Source: Sulfurovaceae bacterium
GTDB lineage: Bacteria; Campylobacterota; Campylobacteria; Campylobacterales; Sulfurovaceae
Reading direction: 5' to 3'
DNA: 64,000 bases
NCBI GenBank assembly: GCA_963676245.1
Contig: OY781042.1
Span: forward strand, 1,117,019-1,181,018
Shown: positions 13,383-25,310 of the stretch, one piece after another
Layout of the letters: the number at the start of each line of letters is the position of its first letter
Position numbering within the stretch: position 1 is the first letter of the stretch
Notes under the pieces: model-generated
Seen by the model: only the letters and a program-made list of their open reading frames with translations
What the model was told of the DNA's origin: nothing
Database searches by the model: none
Made by a program: the position numbers and the translations under genes

Positions 13383-14572
13383 TGCCAAGAATATTTATTT
13401 GGTTATTTATTTTTTCTTTTTTTGGTCATGCAAAGCCAAATAGCTTCAATATATCCACAAATGAAATAGATATTGCCATATTGTATCCAAAGCAAGTACA
13501 TGCAGGGGAGAGAATCAAGCTAATTGGATACATGAAGAATAAATATAAAAATGCTAAAATGGGAGGACTTACTATTTCCTTCCCCCAAATTACAAGTGCA
13601 TCTGGTTCTTATAGCGATAATACATTTGATAAAATTTCTTCTTATGGTCCTCCTCAGAAAATTTATAATGGACAATTGAAAAAGAATATTCGAAGTAAAT
13701 ATTTTATGGTTGAAGGGTGGGAGAATAAATGGTGGAAAAATCAAGAAAAAATATTTTATGTCGAAATCGATATTCCAAACAATATTGCTGAGTTTATAGT
13801 GAATGTAAGGGGTGTTTTGGTTATGGGAAATTATTCTTCTGACCCAAAGGAAATAAAGGCGCCAGTCTCTAGTTTTATTGAAGATCAGCAGGGATATCAG
13901 GTTGGAAGTTTCGTCATTCCAATTCTTCGTAAAGATAATTTAGAAAAAAAAGTTACAAAAAATGATGTTTTATCTGGCACAGGATTTTTTGTAAATACTC
14001 ATGATGTTGTGACAAATAATCATGTTGTTGAGGGTTGTAAAAAAATAGAGTTAATTAGGACGGGCTTTAAAAGTGACGCAGAGGTAGTGTCACTAGATGC
14101 CCAAAATGATTTAGCAATATTAAGATCAGAAAAATCGAATATTAAAAGTTTAGGATTTAGACCAAATAATAAAGTCCGTATCGGAGAAAATATTATCGTT
14201 TTAGGTTATCCTCTCGGCGACCTTTTGGGCAGTAGTATAAAATTAACCAGTGGCAATATAAGTTCAATGACAGGACTCATTAATGACTCCACTACTATGC
14301 AATTAACAGCACCAGTCCAGCCTGGTAATAGTGGTGGTCCATTGCTTGACAATAGAGGACAGATCATAGGCGTTATATTTGCTAAATTGGCTCACCAAAA
14401 AGAATTGAATGCTGAAAATATTAATTTGGCTATAAAATCTAATATTGTAAAAATGTTTTTAGATACTCACGATATTTCATATACGAGTTTACCAGTAGAG
14501 TCTCCAAAAGAAATTGTGGATATTGCAGATGAGGCAAAAGAGAGTATCGTGAGGATAAATTGCTATCAATAG
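13382..14572 (+). CDS. Secreted trypsin-like (S1) serine protease with an unrecognised ~190-aa N-terminal domain
   Basis: Signal peptide. Catalytic triad contexts are TNNHVVEG (His), NDLAILR (Asp) and QPGNSGGPLLD (Ser). No PDZ domain is visible. The GTG start overlaps the argH stop. Confidence 0.75.
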   Translation: MPRIFIWLFIFSFFGHAKPNSFNISTNEIDIAILYPKQVHAGERIKLIGYMKNKYKNAKMGGLTISFPQITSASGSYSDNTFDKISSYGPPQKIYNGQLKKNIRSKYFMVEGWENKWWKNQEKIFYVEIDIPNNIAEFIVNVRGVLVMGNYSSDPKEIKAPVSSFIEDQQGYQVGSFVIPILRKDNLEKKVTKNDVLSGTGFFVNTHDVVTNNHVVEGCKKIELIRTGFKSDAEVVSLDAQNDLAILRSEKSNIKSLGFRPNNKVRIGENIIVLGYPLGDLLGSSIKLTSGNISSMTGLINDSTTMQLTAPVQPGNSGGPLLDNRGQIIGVIFAKLAHQKELNAENINLAIKSNIVKMFLDTHDISYTSLPVESPKEIVDIADEAKESIVRINCYQ

Positions 14573-14602
14573 CCTTTGCAGCCTTTGCGCGTTACTTTAG
14601 TC

Positions 14603-14956
14603 TCACATATTTTTGTGAGATTCATCATGCATATGTTCCCATTTTAATTGACCGCCACCAAGCATATGAAAATGGAGGTGGTGTATCTCTTGTGCACCAT
14701 CATCTCCATTGTTTGTAATAAGTCTATAGCCTGTTTTATCTACACCTGTTTTTTCAGCAACTTTTTGTGCAAAAGGCGTAAGGGCACGCATTGTTTCTCC
14801 TGAAACATTTTGAAAACAATCAACATGCTCTTTTGGAATGATCAATATATGTATGGGAGCTTTTGGATAGAGATCATGAAATGCTAAGAAGTTTTCATCT
14901 TCAAGTACCATGTTGCACGGCAACTCTTTATTTACTATTTTACAAAATATACACAT
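14603..14956 (-). CDS. HIT-family (histidine triad) protein
   Basis: 117 aa with the HHLHFHMLGG histidine-triad motif. Confidence 0.88.
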   Translation of the reverse strand: MCIFCKIVNKELPCNMVLEDENFLAFHDLYPKAPIHILIIPKEHVDCFQNVSGETMRALTPFAQKVAEKTGVDKTGYRLITNNGDDGAQEIHHLHFHMLGGGQLKWEHMHDESHKNM

Positions 14957-15088
14957 ACATACTCCTGCAATTTATGTTGAGACGATTATAGCACAATTTC
15001 AAGCAAGAAATAAATGCTACTATGGTAAACTCTCAAACGAACTTTAGATAGTTACTATCAGTATTTTAAGCTAAAAAATTAGGATGTC

Positions 15089-16090
15089 ATGAAAGATTTA
15101 GAGAATATATCACAACCAATCGATCAATCTGTCTCTTTAGATGATTTAGAGAAAGTCAGAGTTGAGATTTTTGGTAAAAAAGGGGTGCTCTCAAAGGGTT
15201 TTGTGAAGCTCAAAGAGCTCCAAGGTGAAGAGAAAAAAGAGGAAGCACAAAGACTCAATGAGCTCAAGGAGAGTCTCTTAGGGCTTTTTGATGCAAAATA
15301 TTCTGAGATAAAAAACAAAGAGATAGAAGCAAAGCTCAAAGAGGATGCCCTAGATCTTACACTGTATCAAAATAGTTACCAAACAGCAGCACTGCATCCT
15401 GTCATGGAGACTATGGATAAGATTATAGAGTATTTTGTCTCTTTGAATTTTTCTATCGAAAATGGTCCGTTGGTTGAAGATGATTTTCATAACTTTGAAG
15501 CTTTGAATCTTCCTAAAAATCATCCTGCAAGAGATATGCAAGATACTTTCTATTTTGCCGATAATTCACTCCTTCGAACCCATACATCTCCGGTGCAGAT
15601 AAGAAAAATGATGGGCACAAAACCACCTATTCGAATGATAGCTCCGGGGGTAGTTTTTAGGCGAGATTATGATCTAACCCATACTCCGATGTTTCATCAG
15701 GTTGAAGGGCTAGTTATCGATGCAAAAGATAAAGTCAATTTTGCCCATCTCAAATCGATACTAACAGAATTTCTTTTAGAGATGTTCGGTGATGTGAAGG
15801 TAAGATTTAGACCAAGTTTTTTCCCTTTTACGGAACCCTCTTCAGAAGTTGACATATCATGTATATTTTGCAAAGGTGAGGGGTGTCGCGTCTGCTCTCA
15901 TACAGGTTGGATTGAGATACTTGGTTGTGGTATAGTCGACCCCAATGTATTTAAGGCTGTAGGCTATGAAGATGTAAGCGGATATGCTTTTGGTATCGGG
16001 ATTGAGAGACTTGCAATGTTGATCCATGAGATACCTGATCTTCGATCTCTTTTTGAGGGTGATATTCGTTTATTGGAGCAGTTTAGATGA
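15089..16090 (+). CDS. pheS: Phenylalanine--tRNA ligase alpha subunit
   Basis: 333 aa with [11 protein letters not shown] and class II aaRS motifs. It overlaps pheT by 4 nt. Confidence 0.95.
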   Translation: MKDLENISQPIDQSVSLDDLEKVRVEIFGKKGVLSKGFVKLKELQGEEKKEEAQRLNELKESLLGLFDAKYSEIKNKEIEAKLKEDALDLTLYQNSYQTAALHPVMETMDKIIEYFVSLNFSIENGPLVEDDFHNFEALNLPKNHPARDMQDTFYFADNSLLRTHTSPVQIRKMMGTKPPIRMIAPGVVFRRDYDLTHTPMFHQVEGLVIDAKDKVNFAHLKSILTEFLLEMFGDVKVRFRPSFFPFTEPSSEVDISCIFCKGEGCRVCSHTGWIEILGCGIVDPNVFKAVGYEDVSGYAFGIGIERLAMLIHEIPDLRSLFEGDIRLLEQFR

Positions 16091-18426
16091 TAGTAACAAG
16101 AAATTGGTTATCGGAATTTGTTGATTTAGAAGGTATCTCCGATGAGCTTATATGTGATACTTTAAATTCTATAGGATTAGAAGTTGCAAGTCTTCAAAAG
16201 ATAGAAATTCCCGAAGGTGTTGTTATCGGTAAAATCATATCTTGTCAAAAACATCCTGATGCCGATAAACTCAATGTTTGTGAAGTAGATACCGGATATA
16301 GCATAAGACAGATAGTGTGTGGTGCTGCTAATGTTGTTGATGCCGAGTATGTCGCCGTTGCCACCATAGGCACGCAACTTCCAAGCGGGCTTGAGATAAA
16401 GCATGCTAACTTAAGAGGTGTGGATAGCGACGGAATGATCTGTTCTGCTTCGGAGATTGGACTGCCTAGTTTTGGCGAGGGCATCATGATACTTGATGCA
16501 AGTATAGGTGAACTTATAGTCGGTGAAGCTTTGAGTAATTATGAGTCTGTAGCTGATAGCATTATAGAGGTGGAATTAACCCCAAACAGAGGCGATTGCT
16601 TGAGTGTTTTAGGTGTCGCACGCGATTTGAGTGCTGCACTTAATAGGGATATGAAAGAGATTGATCTTAAGCTCAATGAGCATACTTCAAGAGCAGGCAT
16701 ATCAAGACATGCTTCGCTTGAAAGTGAAAAGAAATTTGACATAGATCTTATTTTCGCACTTGTAAATATCGATGTGCTCTCTCTACCTTTTATTATAAAA
16801 TTGCGATTAGCTTTTATCGAAGAGGAAGTTAAAGATAGGATATCCGCGATTACACTTTATGCAACAAACTCAATCGGGGTGATAATAAGAGCTTATAATG
16901 AGGGCTGTTTTAGCAAGGATGACGGGGTTGCAAAGATTAAAATATCGCAGAATGAAAAAGGGCTTATAGAGGTTTTGGCTTCCGAGAATATATGTTCAAC
17001 CGTCGGTGTTAATCAGTATGCAGGTTGCACTCCTATCATCAATGGCGAAAAAGTGTTTATAGAAGCAAGCTATATCTCCGCAGACAACCTATCTTCGATG
17101 GATGTTGCAAAAAAAGATATACAGACTGATAATTTTTACTACAACACATCAAGGGGGAGTAACCCGGATGTAAATTTCGGCATGAGATATACATTAAAAC
17201 TTTTGGAGAAAAGTTCAAACACGGAGATATATGATGGCTTTCTGATTCATGAATATAAAAAAGAGAACACCATCATCAAGGTATCGATAAGCCAGCTATC
17301 AAAGATTATTGGTACAGAGCTTGATAAAAGTAGTGTAGTCTCTATCTTGAAGCGATTAGGTTTTGAGGTATCAATCTCCAGCGAAGATCTATTGGCGATT
17401 ACCGTGCCTCTGTTTAGAGCTGATATACTCAATGCTCAAGATATTGCTGAAGAGATTTTAAGAATGACCGGCATTGATAACATTGAGCCTCAAGCCCTCT
17501 CTTTTGTTGAAAATTATCATACAAGAGTGGTTTATGAACAATATTTGGCAAAAAAGAGTATACGATGCAAAAGCGTTGGGGCCGGATTTTATGAAACGGT
17601 TAGTTACATTTTTAGCGAAAGAAAGTCATTGGAAAAATATGGATTTGAGGTTATTGATAAAAATCTAGAGCTTCTAAACCCGATTGTTGAAGAGCTGAAT
17701 ACTCTACGATCGACACTTCTTGTCAACCTTCTTCTAGCAGCAAAGAGAAATGCAAGTTACTCAAAGCGAACTATACCTCTTTTTGAGATAGGGGCAGTTT
17801 TTGATAAAAATAGAGAGCAAAAAGAGAAGATAGCTTTTCTTTTTAGCGGTAGTAGCGAGTCGGAAAATATAACCAATAGTGGCAAGCCAAAAATGATATA
17901 TGCCGATGCATTTATACAAAAATTAGGTTCATCCATAGGGCTGTTTGATTTAGCGCCTTGTACTTTTCACAATAGCCTGATTCATCCATATCAATCCGCT
18001 GATATAGTTATCGATGGAAAAGCTTGTGGATATATCTCTAAATTGCATCCGATTGCACAAGAGGATTTTGGCATCAAAGATACATTTATCGCAGAGCTAG
18101 ATGTTAACTCTCTTATAAAAACAAAAAAAGTTGCAAGTGCAATATCTAATTTTCAAGGGGTTTACAAAGATATCAGTGTCGTACTATCAAAAGATATCGT
18201 TTACTCCGAGATCAAATCTGCTATAGATACTTTAGATTTGGATTATCTCAAAGCATTTTATCCGATAGATATCTACAGTGATAAAACTTTAAAAAAAGAT
18301 AGAAGTTTAACGCTGAGAATGTTTATTCAGTCACATGAAAAGACGCTAGAAGATGCGGACATAGAGAGTGTTGTCGGTGCTATACTTTTAAAACTTGAAG
18401 ATAACTTTGGAGCAAAATTACGATGA
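16087..18426 (+). CDS. pheT: Phenylalanine--tRNA ligase beta subunit
   Basis: 779 aa. The N-terminal tRNA-binding domain ([14 protein letters not shown]), B3/4 and B5 domain order is present. Coupled to pheS. Confidence 0.95.
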   Translation: MIVTRNWLSEFVDLEGISDELICDTLNSIGLEVASLQKIEIPEGVVIGKIISCQKHPDADKLNVCEVDTGYSIRQIVCGAANVVDAEYVAVATIGTQLPSGLEIKHANLRGVDSDGMICSASEIGLPSFGEGIMILDASIGELIVGEALSNYESVADSIIEVELTPNRGDCLSVLGVARDLSAALNRDMKEIDLKLNEHTSRAGISRHASLESEKKFDIDLIFALVNIDVLSLPFIIKLRLAFIEEEVKDRISAITLYATNSIGVIIRAYNEGCFSKDDGVAKIKISQNEKGLIEVLASENICSTVGVNQYAGCTPIINGEKVFIEASYISADNLSSMDVAKKDIQTDNFYYNTSRGSNPDVNFGMRYTLKLLEKSSNTEIYDGFLIHEYKKENTIIKVSISQLSKIIGTELDKSSVVSILKRLGFEVSISSEDLLAITVPLFRADILNAQDIAEEILRMTGIDNIEPQALSFVENYHTRVVYEQYLAKKSIRCKSVGAGFYETVSYIFSERKSLEKYGFEVIDKNLELLNPIVEELNTLRSTLLVNLLLAAKRNASYSKRTIPLFEIGAVFDKNREQKEKIAFLFSGSSESENITNSGKPKMIYADAFIQKLGSSIGLFDLAPCTFHNSLIHPYQSADIVIDGKACGYISKLHPIAQEDFGIKDTFIAELDVNSLIKTKKVASAISNFQGVYKDISVVLSKDIVYSEIKSAIDTLDLDYLKAFYPIDIYSDKTLKKDRSLTLRMFIQSHEKTLEDADIESVVGAILLKLEDNFGAKLR

Positions 18427-19712
18427 AAAGCGTACTGGTCAAAAAAAGTGAGCAGGCATTCGATCTTGTATGTGATGAGATAGCATCAGATAAATCAATA
18501 TCGCATAGATGTGCCATCTTCTCGCTTTTGAGCGATCAGGCATCAAAGATAGACAGGTATCTTCTCGGAGAAGATACACTCAATTCATTAAATATCGCTG
18601 CACAGTTAGGTGCAGATATCAAAAGAGTAGCTAGTAGTGTTACTATCACGCCACCATCATCATTAAAAGAGCCAAAAGATATCCTTGATTGTGGTAATGC
18701 GGGTACCGCCATCAGGCTCTACAGTGGTTTTTTGAGTAGTTTAGAGGGTATGTATATACTTACCGGCGATGCTTACCTCAAAGCAAGACCTATGAGTAGG
18801 GTGGTTGAGCCACTCAGAGAAATAGGGGCAATCATAGACGGTAGAGAGAATGGCAGACTTGCTCCACTCTATATAAGAGGCTCAAAATTGCAATCTTTTA
18901 GATATCACTCTCCTGTTGATTCTGCGCAGGTAAAATCAGCGCTCATCTTAGCAGCACTTCGCTCAAACGGAACTTGTTACTATAAGGAGAATCTTTTAAG
19001 TAGGGACCATACCGAGAGAATGCTTGTAGGTATGGGTGCAAATATCAAAAAAGATGAGGATGGCTGGATAGCCATAAAGCCTCTCAAAAAACCTCTAAAA
19101 CCACTAGAGCTTACCGTCCCTGCGGATCCTTCAAGTGCATTCTTCTTCGCGCTAGCTGCAGCAATCACTCCTCGCTCAAAGATTATCATCAAAGATGTAT
19201 CACTCAATAAAACCCGCATAGGTGCCTATAAAGTACTCAAAAAAATGGGTGCAGATATAGAGTATGAACTCAAAGAGGATAAGTATGAGCCAATCGGCGA
19301 CATCACCGTCACATATAACGGAAAGCTCAAAGCTATAGAGGTATCATCGAAGATAGCTTGGCTTATCGATGAGTTGCCTGCACTTGCCGTTGCTATGGCT
19401 TTTGCAGAGGGCACAAGTGTTGTGAGTAATGCTAAAGAGCTCCGCGTCAAAGAGAGTGATCGTATCACTTCTGTGATTACCAATCTCAAAAAATGCGGCA
19501 TTGTATGCGAAGAGTCTGAGGATGGCTATAGTATCACAGGAGGCGATATTCATTATGCTACGGTGGATAGTTATGGAGACCATAGGGTTGCTATGAGCTT
19601 TGCGATAGCAGGTATTTTCTCCGGCATGAAAATCGATGATATCGATTGCATTGATACCTCTTTCCCTAATTTTTTTGATATCCTCTCGAAAATTACTAGG
19701 CTAGAGTTTTGA
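18423..19712 (+). CDS. aroA: 3-phosphoshikimate 1-carboxyvinyltransferase (EPSP synthase)
   Basis: 429 aa with [15 protein letters not shown]-like (CGNAGTAIR) and DHRVAMSFA motifs. Confidence 0.93.
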   Translation: MKSVLVKKSEQAFDLVCDEIASDKSISHRCAIFSLLSDQASKIDRYLLGEDTLNSLNIAAQLGADIKRVASSVTITPPSSLKEPKDILDCGNAGTAIRLYSGFLSSLEGMYILTGDAYLKARPMSRVVEPLREIGAIIDGRENGRLAPLYIRGSKLQSFRYHSPVDSAQVKSALILAALRSNGTCYYKENLLSRDHTERMLVGMGANIKKDEDGWIAIKPLKKPLKPLELTVPADPSSAFFFALAAAITPRSKIIIKDVSLNKTRIGAYKVLKKMGADIEYELKEDKYEPIGDITVTYNGKLKAIEVSSKIAWLIDELPALAVAMAFAEGTSVVSNAKELRVKESDRITSVITNLKKCGIVCEESEDGYSITGGDIHYATVDSYGDHRVAMSFAIAGIFSGMKIDDIDCIDTSFPNFFDILSKITRLEF

Positions 19713-20542
19713 AGATAGAGCTCGCAAGTTCTTACGGTTTTTGCTTTGGCGTCAAAAGGGCAATTAGAATTGCTGAACAAAATCCAAATAGTAAAACTTT
19801 CGGACCACTGATACATAATCAAGATGAGATTAATAGACTCAAAAGTGGTTATGGTGTAACCTATGTTGATAAAATGAGTGAGATAGAGCCAAATGAGTCA
19901 GTAGTTGTAAGGACGCATGGGATTCCAAAGGAAGAGCTCAAGATATTAAAGGAGCAAAAAAACAATATCATAGATGCTACATGTCCTTATGTAACCAAGC
20001 CTCAAAATATCGTTGAAGAGATGAGTAATCAAGGGTACGACATAGTGATTTTCGGCGATAAAAATCACCCTGAGATTAGAGGCGTTATGAGTTACGCAGC
20101 CAAAGAGAGCAATGTGCATATTGTTTTAGATAAAAATGAACTTGAAAAAGAGAAACTTTCAAATAAAATAGCACTTGTTTCCCAAACAACAAGAAAGCCT
20201 GATGATTTTTTGGAGCTTGCTAATTTTTTGATACTTTGTGCAAAAGAGGTGAGGGTATTTAACACTATCTGCAATGCAACATTTGAGAATCAAGATGCGA
20301 CACAAGAACTTGCAAAAAGATGTGATGTGATGATTGTTGTTGGCGGGAAGAACTCATCAAATACAAAGCAGCTCTATTTGATCTCTAAAAGGTATTGTGA
20401 CGATAGTTATCTTGTTGAAAATCAAGATGAAGTTGACCTTGCTTGGTTTAAGAATAAAGAGCATTGTGGGATAGCAGCCGGGGCGTCAACACCGGACTGG
20501 ATTGTTGAAGAGATAGTGGACAAAGTTAAGGCAATTTGTTGA
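19709..20542 (+). CDS. ispH: 4-hydroxy-3-methylbut-2-enyl diphosphate reductase
   Basis: 277 aa with [11 protein letters not shown] and conserved Cys contexts. The TTG start overlaps the aroA stop. Confidence 0.92.
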   Translation: MKIELASSYGFCFGVKRAIRIAEQNPNSKTFGPLIHNQDEINRLKSGYGVTYVDKMSEIEPNESVVVRTHGIPKEELKILKEQKNNIIDATCPYVTKPQNIVEEMSNQGYDIVIFGDKNHPEIRGVMSYAAKESNVHIVLDKNELEKEKLSNKIALVSQTTRKPDDFLELANFLILCAKEVRVFNTICNATFENQDATQELAKRCDVMIVVGGKNSSNTKQLYLISKRYCDDSYLVENQDEVDLAWFKNKEHCGIAAGASTPDWIVEEIVDKVKAIC

Positions 20543-20610
20543 AATCACTCGAAGCAAATTTAATCTAATTATTGTATAATATCGTCAAAATAGGCACATA
20601 AGGAAGTGGA

Positions 20611-22275
20611 ATGAAGTTCGAAGATATCGAAATAGAGGATGTAGACTTTGAGGCAATGCTCGAAGAGTCTTTTAAAAATGAAGAGTCAGAAGGTGACTTA
20701 GTAGAGGGCAGGATAGTCAAGATCAATGAGGATGACAATCAAGCCATTGTAGATGTAGGTACAAAAAAAGAGGCATTTTTATCACTCGATCAACTCAGAG
20801 ACGAGAGTGGTAATCTTCTCTTTAAAGAGGGTGATGATATTACGGTTGTAGTAACCGGGAAAAGAGGAGATAGACTCAATATCTCCTATGAGCTTGCGAA
20901 AAAACAGAGAGCTTTAAAAGAGTTTATAGCCAACTATGATGAAACACAAGAGTATATCATCGAAGGTGAAGTTATCAAGAAAAATAAAGGCGGTTACATA
21001 ATCGAGTGTGACGGTCTAGATTTCTTCATGCCAAGAACACTATCTTATTTGTCTCAAAAAATTGACCCAATCGGAAAAAAAGTTAAAGCTGTCATCACAA
21101 AAGTTGATAAAGATAAAAATTCTGTAGTCGTATCTAGAAAAGAGCTTATCGAGAGAGAAAATGGGAAAATAGATGAGATAGCTGAAGCTCTTTTGAGTTC
21201 AAAGGATATCATTAAAGGTATCGTTAAGAAGATCACAAGTTATGGTGCTTTTGTTGATGTAGGCGGAGTTGACGGACTTGTTCATTATTCGCAAATTTCC
21301 CACAAAGGCCCCGTGAATCCTTCAAAATATTTTAGCGAAGGTGATGAAGTTAATGTTGTTGCGCTCGAATATGATAAAAAGAAAAAACATCTCTCCCTTT
21401 CCATAAAAGATGCACATAGTGATCCATGGAGTGATATAGATTCCATCGTCTCAAAGGGTGATACCGTAGCTGTTATTGTAGGAAATATTGAACCATATGG
21501 TGTCTTTGTTGATCTCGGAAACGATCTTGAAGCATTCTTGCATGTTTCGGAGATATCTTGGGATAAAAATGTGAAACATCCCGGTGATCATCTTACTGTT
21601 GGTGAGCAGATAAATGTTGAAGTGATTGAGATAGATAAAAACGAAAAAAGATTAAGAGTGAGTTTGAAAAATTTACTTTCTAAACCAATCGATCAATTTT
21701 GTCAAAATAACAGAGTCGGAGATGTGTTAAAAGGCGAAGTTACATCTGTGACAGACTTTGGAGCTTTTGTGAAATTGGATGAAGTTGAAGGCTTACTCCA
21801 TAACCAAGAGATATCTTGGGATAAATCTAAAAATGCTAAAAATAGCTTTAAACCTGGCGATGAAGTAGAAGTTAAAATTATAAAAATCGATAAAGATGCC
21901 GGAAAAATATCTTTGAGCATGAAAGCGCTTAGCGATTCTCCTATAAAAATGTTTGCTAAAAATCATAAAGTTGGAGATATTATTCAAGGTAAAGTAAAAG
22001 ATAAAAAAGATTTTGGTGTATTTATTGCCATCGATGATCAAGTAGATGCACTCATAAGATCTGAAGATCTCTTCCCGCTTAAAGTCGAAGAGATTGAAAA
22101 AGATCAAGATATCAGTGCAGTTATTGTCTTTATGGATGAAAAAAATGATCGTTTAAGAGCTTCTGTGAAAAAGCTTCAAATGCAAGAAGAGAAAGATGCG
22201 GTTGCAAAAGTAAATGCAGACCAAGATGATAGTATGACTTTAGGTGATATACTAAAAGATCAATTAAAAAAATAA
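20611..22275 (+). CDS. rpsA: 30S ribosomal protein S1
   Basis: 554 aa made of six S1 (OB-fold) repeats, each with G.V..I..FGAFV-type motifs. Confidence 0.93.
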   Translation: MKFEDIEIEDVDFEAMLEESFKNEESEGDLVEGRIVKINEDDNQAIVDVGTKKEAFLSLDQLRDESGNLLFKEGDDITVVVTGKRGDRLNISYELAKKQRALKEFIANYDETQEYIIEGEVIKKNKGGYIIECDGLDFFMPRTLSYLSQKIDPIGKKVKAVITKVDKDKNSVVVSRKELIERENGKIDEIAEALLSSKDIIKGIVKKITSYGAFVDVGGVDGLVHYSQISHKGPVNPSKYFSEGDEVNVVALEYDKKKKHLSLSIKDAHSDPWSDIDSIVSKGDTVAVIVGNIEPYGVFVDLGNDLEAFLHVSEISWDKNVKHPGDHLTVGEQINVEVIEIDKNEKRLRVSLKNLLSKPIDQFCQNNRVGDVLKGEVTSVTDFGAFVKLDEVEGLLHNQEISWDKSKNAKNSFKPGDEVEVKIIKIDKDAGKISLSMKALSDSPIKMFAKNHKVGDIIQGKVKDKKDFGVFIAIDDQVDALIRSEDLFPLKVEEIEKDQDISAVIVFMDEKNDRLRASVKKLQMQEEKDAVAKVNADQDDSMTLGDILKDQLKK

Positions 22276-22291
22276 TTTAGAGGGGATTTGA

Positions 22292-23887
22292 ATGTCAAAG
22301 CACTTAATTGTGGTTTGCGACCATATTCATCCAAAGGGTCTTGCTATCTTAGAGCAAGATGCCGATATAGAGATGATCAATGCAGCCGATGAGCCAAAAG
22401 ATAAGCTAATTAAAGAGATTTTGCCAAAAGCCGATGTGGCGATAACAAGAAGCTCAACTGATGTCGATGAGTTTTTTCTAACACACGCTACTGATTTGAA
22501 GGCTGTTGTTAGAGCAGGCGTTGGTGTTGATAATGTAGATATTGATGGGTGCTCAAAACGCGGTATCGTTGTGATGAATGTCCCTACAGCCAATACTATT
22601 GCTGCTGTTGAACTTACTATGGCACATATGCTCTCTTGTGTGAGACAATTTCCGTATGCGCATAATAATCTCAAAGTTGATAGAGTGTGGAGAAGACAGG
22701 ATTGGTATGGAACGGAGCTTAAAGATAAGAAGCTTGGTATCATCGGTTTTGGAAATATCGGCTCAAGAGTCGGTAAAAGAGCAAAAGCTTTTGAGATGGA
22801 TGTTGTGGCTTACGATCCCTACATTGATCCTTCTAAAGCGACTAATCTAGACATTGCCTACACAAAAGATTTCAAAGAGATTTTAGCATGCGATATCATC
22901 ACTATTCACACCCCAAAAACAGAAGAAACCGTAGGTATGATAGGTAGAGACGAGATAGCAGCTATGAAAGACGGCGTTATCCTTATCAATTGTGCCAGAG
23001 GTGGATTGTATGATGAAGAAGCACTTCTTGCAGGTTTGAAGTCAAAAAAGATAGCTATGGCAGGAATCGATGTCTTTAATAAAGAACCGGCTACTAACCA
23101 TCCTCTGCTTGACCTTAATAATGTAACCGTTACTCCTCACCTTGGAGCAAACACACTGGAGTCGCAAGAAAATATTGCTATCCAAGCAAGTGAAAATGCT
23201 ATAGCGGCAGCCAAGGGTATCTCTTATCCAAATGCTCTTAATCTGCCTATCAAAGAGAATGAGTTGCCTGATTTTGTGAGACCTTATTTGGAGTTGACAC
23301 AAAAAATGGGACATCTGTGTGCACAGATACGCAAAAAAAGTGTGATAAAATCTATCAAAGTAGTAGCACTTGGTGAGATAGGTGAATATATAGAATCACT
23401 TGCTACTTTTGCAACTGTAGGAGTCTTGATGGAGTCTCTTGCCGATCAAGTGAATTATGTTAATGCTGAGTTTGTTGCCCAAGAGAGAGGCATAGAGATT
23501 ATCAAAGAGAGCAAACCAAATGATAGCGGCTTTACAAATAAAGTTGTTGTTAAAGTAACAACGCAAGATGGAGTCATAAGATTGGGCGGTACCGTATTTG
23601 ACGGAACTGTTCAGAGAATAATCGAGATAGATGATTATCTAGTAGATGTCGAGCCAAAAGGGGTTATGATATTCTTTAGAAATACCGATACTCCAGGTGT
23701 TATCGGTGATGTAGGCAGAATCATATCACAACATGGTGTTAATATCTCCGATTTTAGATTGGGACGAGATGCAAAAAAACAAGCACTCGCGGTCATAAGA
23801 GTAGATGGAAATGTCACAAAACAGTTGCTCGATGAGCTAGAATCTTTAGATGCATGTATAAGAAGTGTTGCATACGCGGTACTCTAA
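22292..23887 (+). CDS. serA: D-3-phosphoglycerate dehydrogenase (long form with ACT domain)
   Basis: 531 aa with the 2-hydroxyacid dehydrogenase NAD site GIIGFGNIGS, catalytic TPHLGA, and a C-terminal ACT-like region. Confidence 0.92.
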   Translation: MSKHLIVVCDHIHPKGLAILEQDADIEMINAADEPKDKLIKEILPKADVAITRSSTDVDEFFLTHATDLKAVVRAGVGVDNVDIDGCSKRGIVVMNVPTANTIAAVELTMAHMLSCVRQFPYAHNNLKVDRVWRRQDWYGTELKDKKLGIIGFGNIGSRVGKRAKAFEMDVVAYDPYIDPSKATNLDIAYTKDFKEILACDIITIHTPKTEETVGMIGRDEIAAMKDGVILINCARGGLYDEEALLAGLKSKKIAMAGIDVFNKEPATNHPLLDLNNVTVTPHLGANTLESQENIAIQASENAIAAAKGISYPNALNLPIKENELPDFVRPYLELTQKMGHLCAQIRKKSVIKSIKVVALGEIGEYIESLATFATVGVLMESLADQVNYVNAEFVAQERGIEIIKESKPNDSGFTNKVVVKVTTQDGVIRLGGTVFDGTVQRIIEIDDYLVDVEPKGVMIFFRNTDTPGVIGDVGRIISQHGVNISDFRLGRDAKKQALAVIRVDGNVTKQLLDELESLDACIRSVAYAVL

Positions 23888-23954
23888 GCGTGTATTTTCT
23901 TGTTAATCAATATCGTGTACAATATTGAATTTTATCAATGAAAAGGAGAGGATC

Positions 23955-25310
23955 TTGATTCGTTATTTTATCTTAGCATCTATTTTGATCATGCCTCTTT
24001 TCGCCGGGCTAAATAATCTTAGACTTCATGATGCTATTGAGATTTTAAAAAGATCAAATCTGGAGCTAAAGAGTGCCGAATTTGATGAAAAGATGAAGTA
24101 TTATGAGGCGCAAGCATTGAGCGGGATGAAGTTTGGAAAACTTGATGCTGCTGTTAGTGCAATGCGATCTAATGATGCAGGAAATGTCTTTGGCTTTAAA
24201 CTCCAAAGTCGAGAAGCAAATTTTGGTGATTTCGGTGCGGGAGAATTTGATCCCTCAAATCCTGATGTGCTCACTATCCAACCCTATGATCTCAATTATC
24301 CGGAAGCAAGAAACCACTATTTGACAAAAATTACATATTCAATCCCTCTCTATACAAGCGGCAAAATATACGAATATAATAAAATCGCTAAAAAATTGGC
24401 TCTTATGAGCAAACTTGATACAAAAAAGGTTTTACAAGAGAAGATTTATCAAGTGAAAAAAGCCTTTTATGATATTAGTCTTATCGAAGAGTATATCAAA
24501 AACCTTTCTCTTATTACTAAAAATATAACGCAATTAGAGCAGACAGTCAAACAGATGAAAAAAGAGGGATTTGCGCTTGAATCCGACTTGCTAGAGGTAC
24601 AAGCACAAGGTGCAGAGGCTCAGAGTATGTATATTCAAGCAAAGCTTAACAGAGATCTCGCTTATCAATATCTCTCTTTTTTGCTCAATCAAGAGGTAAG
24701 CTCTATAGTTATACAAAAAAACAGTTTAGCAACTACAAAAGAGATTACAAGAGATGATGTCATTGCTTCTAACCTTGACATACAAAAAGCAAAAATGGGG
24801 CTTGATGTAAGCAAGAGAGCAGTGAGTGTTCAAAGAGCAAATTTTGGACCAAGTATCGGTGGGTTTGCCGAGTATGGAAGTGCTGATAATGAAGCAAATT
24901 TTGATAAGGATAAAGATTTTTATACCGTAGGCGTGCAACTCTCTTGGAATATCTTCAATGGCGGCAGTGACTACTCTAATCTACAAAGAGCAAAAATAGA
25001 GTATCTTAAAACACAAAAGCAGGTTGAACTAGCTAAAAGCGGTATCTATCTCAAAACACAAAAACTTCAAACCGAAGTGCTTAGTGCTCTCGAAGAGATT
25101 AAAAGTTATCAAAAACAGTATAAATTTGCATCAAGGGTCTACAGCACCTATAATGAGCGATATAAAGAGGGGATTGTACCTGTCGGTGATGTGCTTATCA
25201 AGCAGTCAAAAAAACTAGAAGTTCTTACAAAACTTTTAAGTGTAAAAAACAAGTATAATACAAAGATATTTGAGTTAGATATGCTACTAAATAGGGGGGA
25301 AGAGATATGA
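23955..25310 (+). CDS. TolC-family outer-membrane efflux protein
   Basis: About 450 aa with a signal peptide and duplicated coiled-coil/beta organisation. I prefer the TTG at 23955, 7 nt after AAGGAG. The longest ORF starts at TTG 23925. Confidence 0.75.
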   Translation: MIRYFILASILIMPLFAGLNNLRLHDAIEILKRSNLELKSAEFDEKMKYYEAQALSGMKFGKLDAAVSAMRSNDAGNVFGFKLQSREANFGDFGAGEFDPSNPDVLTIQPYDLNYPEARNHYLTKITYSIPLYTSGKIYEYNKIAKKLALMSKLDTKKVLQEKIYQVKKAFYDISLIEEYIKNLSLITKNITQLEQTVKQMKKEGFALESDLLEVQAQGAEAQSMYIQAKLNRDLAYQYLSFLLNQEVSSIVIQKNSLATTKEITRDDVIASNLDIQKAKMGLDVSKRAVSVQRANFGPSIGGFAEYGSADNEANFDKDKDFYTVGVQLSWNIFNGGSDYSNLQRAKIEYLKTQKQVELAKSGIYLKTQKLQTEVLSALEEIKSYQKQYKFASRVYSTYNERYKEGIVPVGDVLIKQSKKLEVLTKLLSVKNKYNTKIFELDMLLNRGEEI

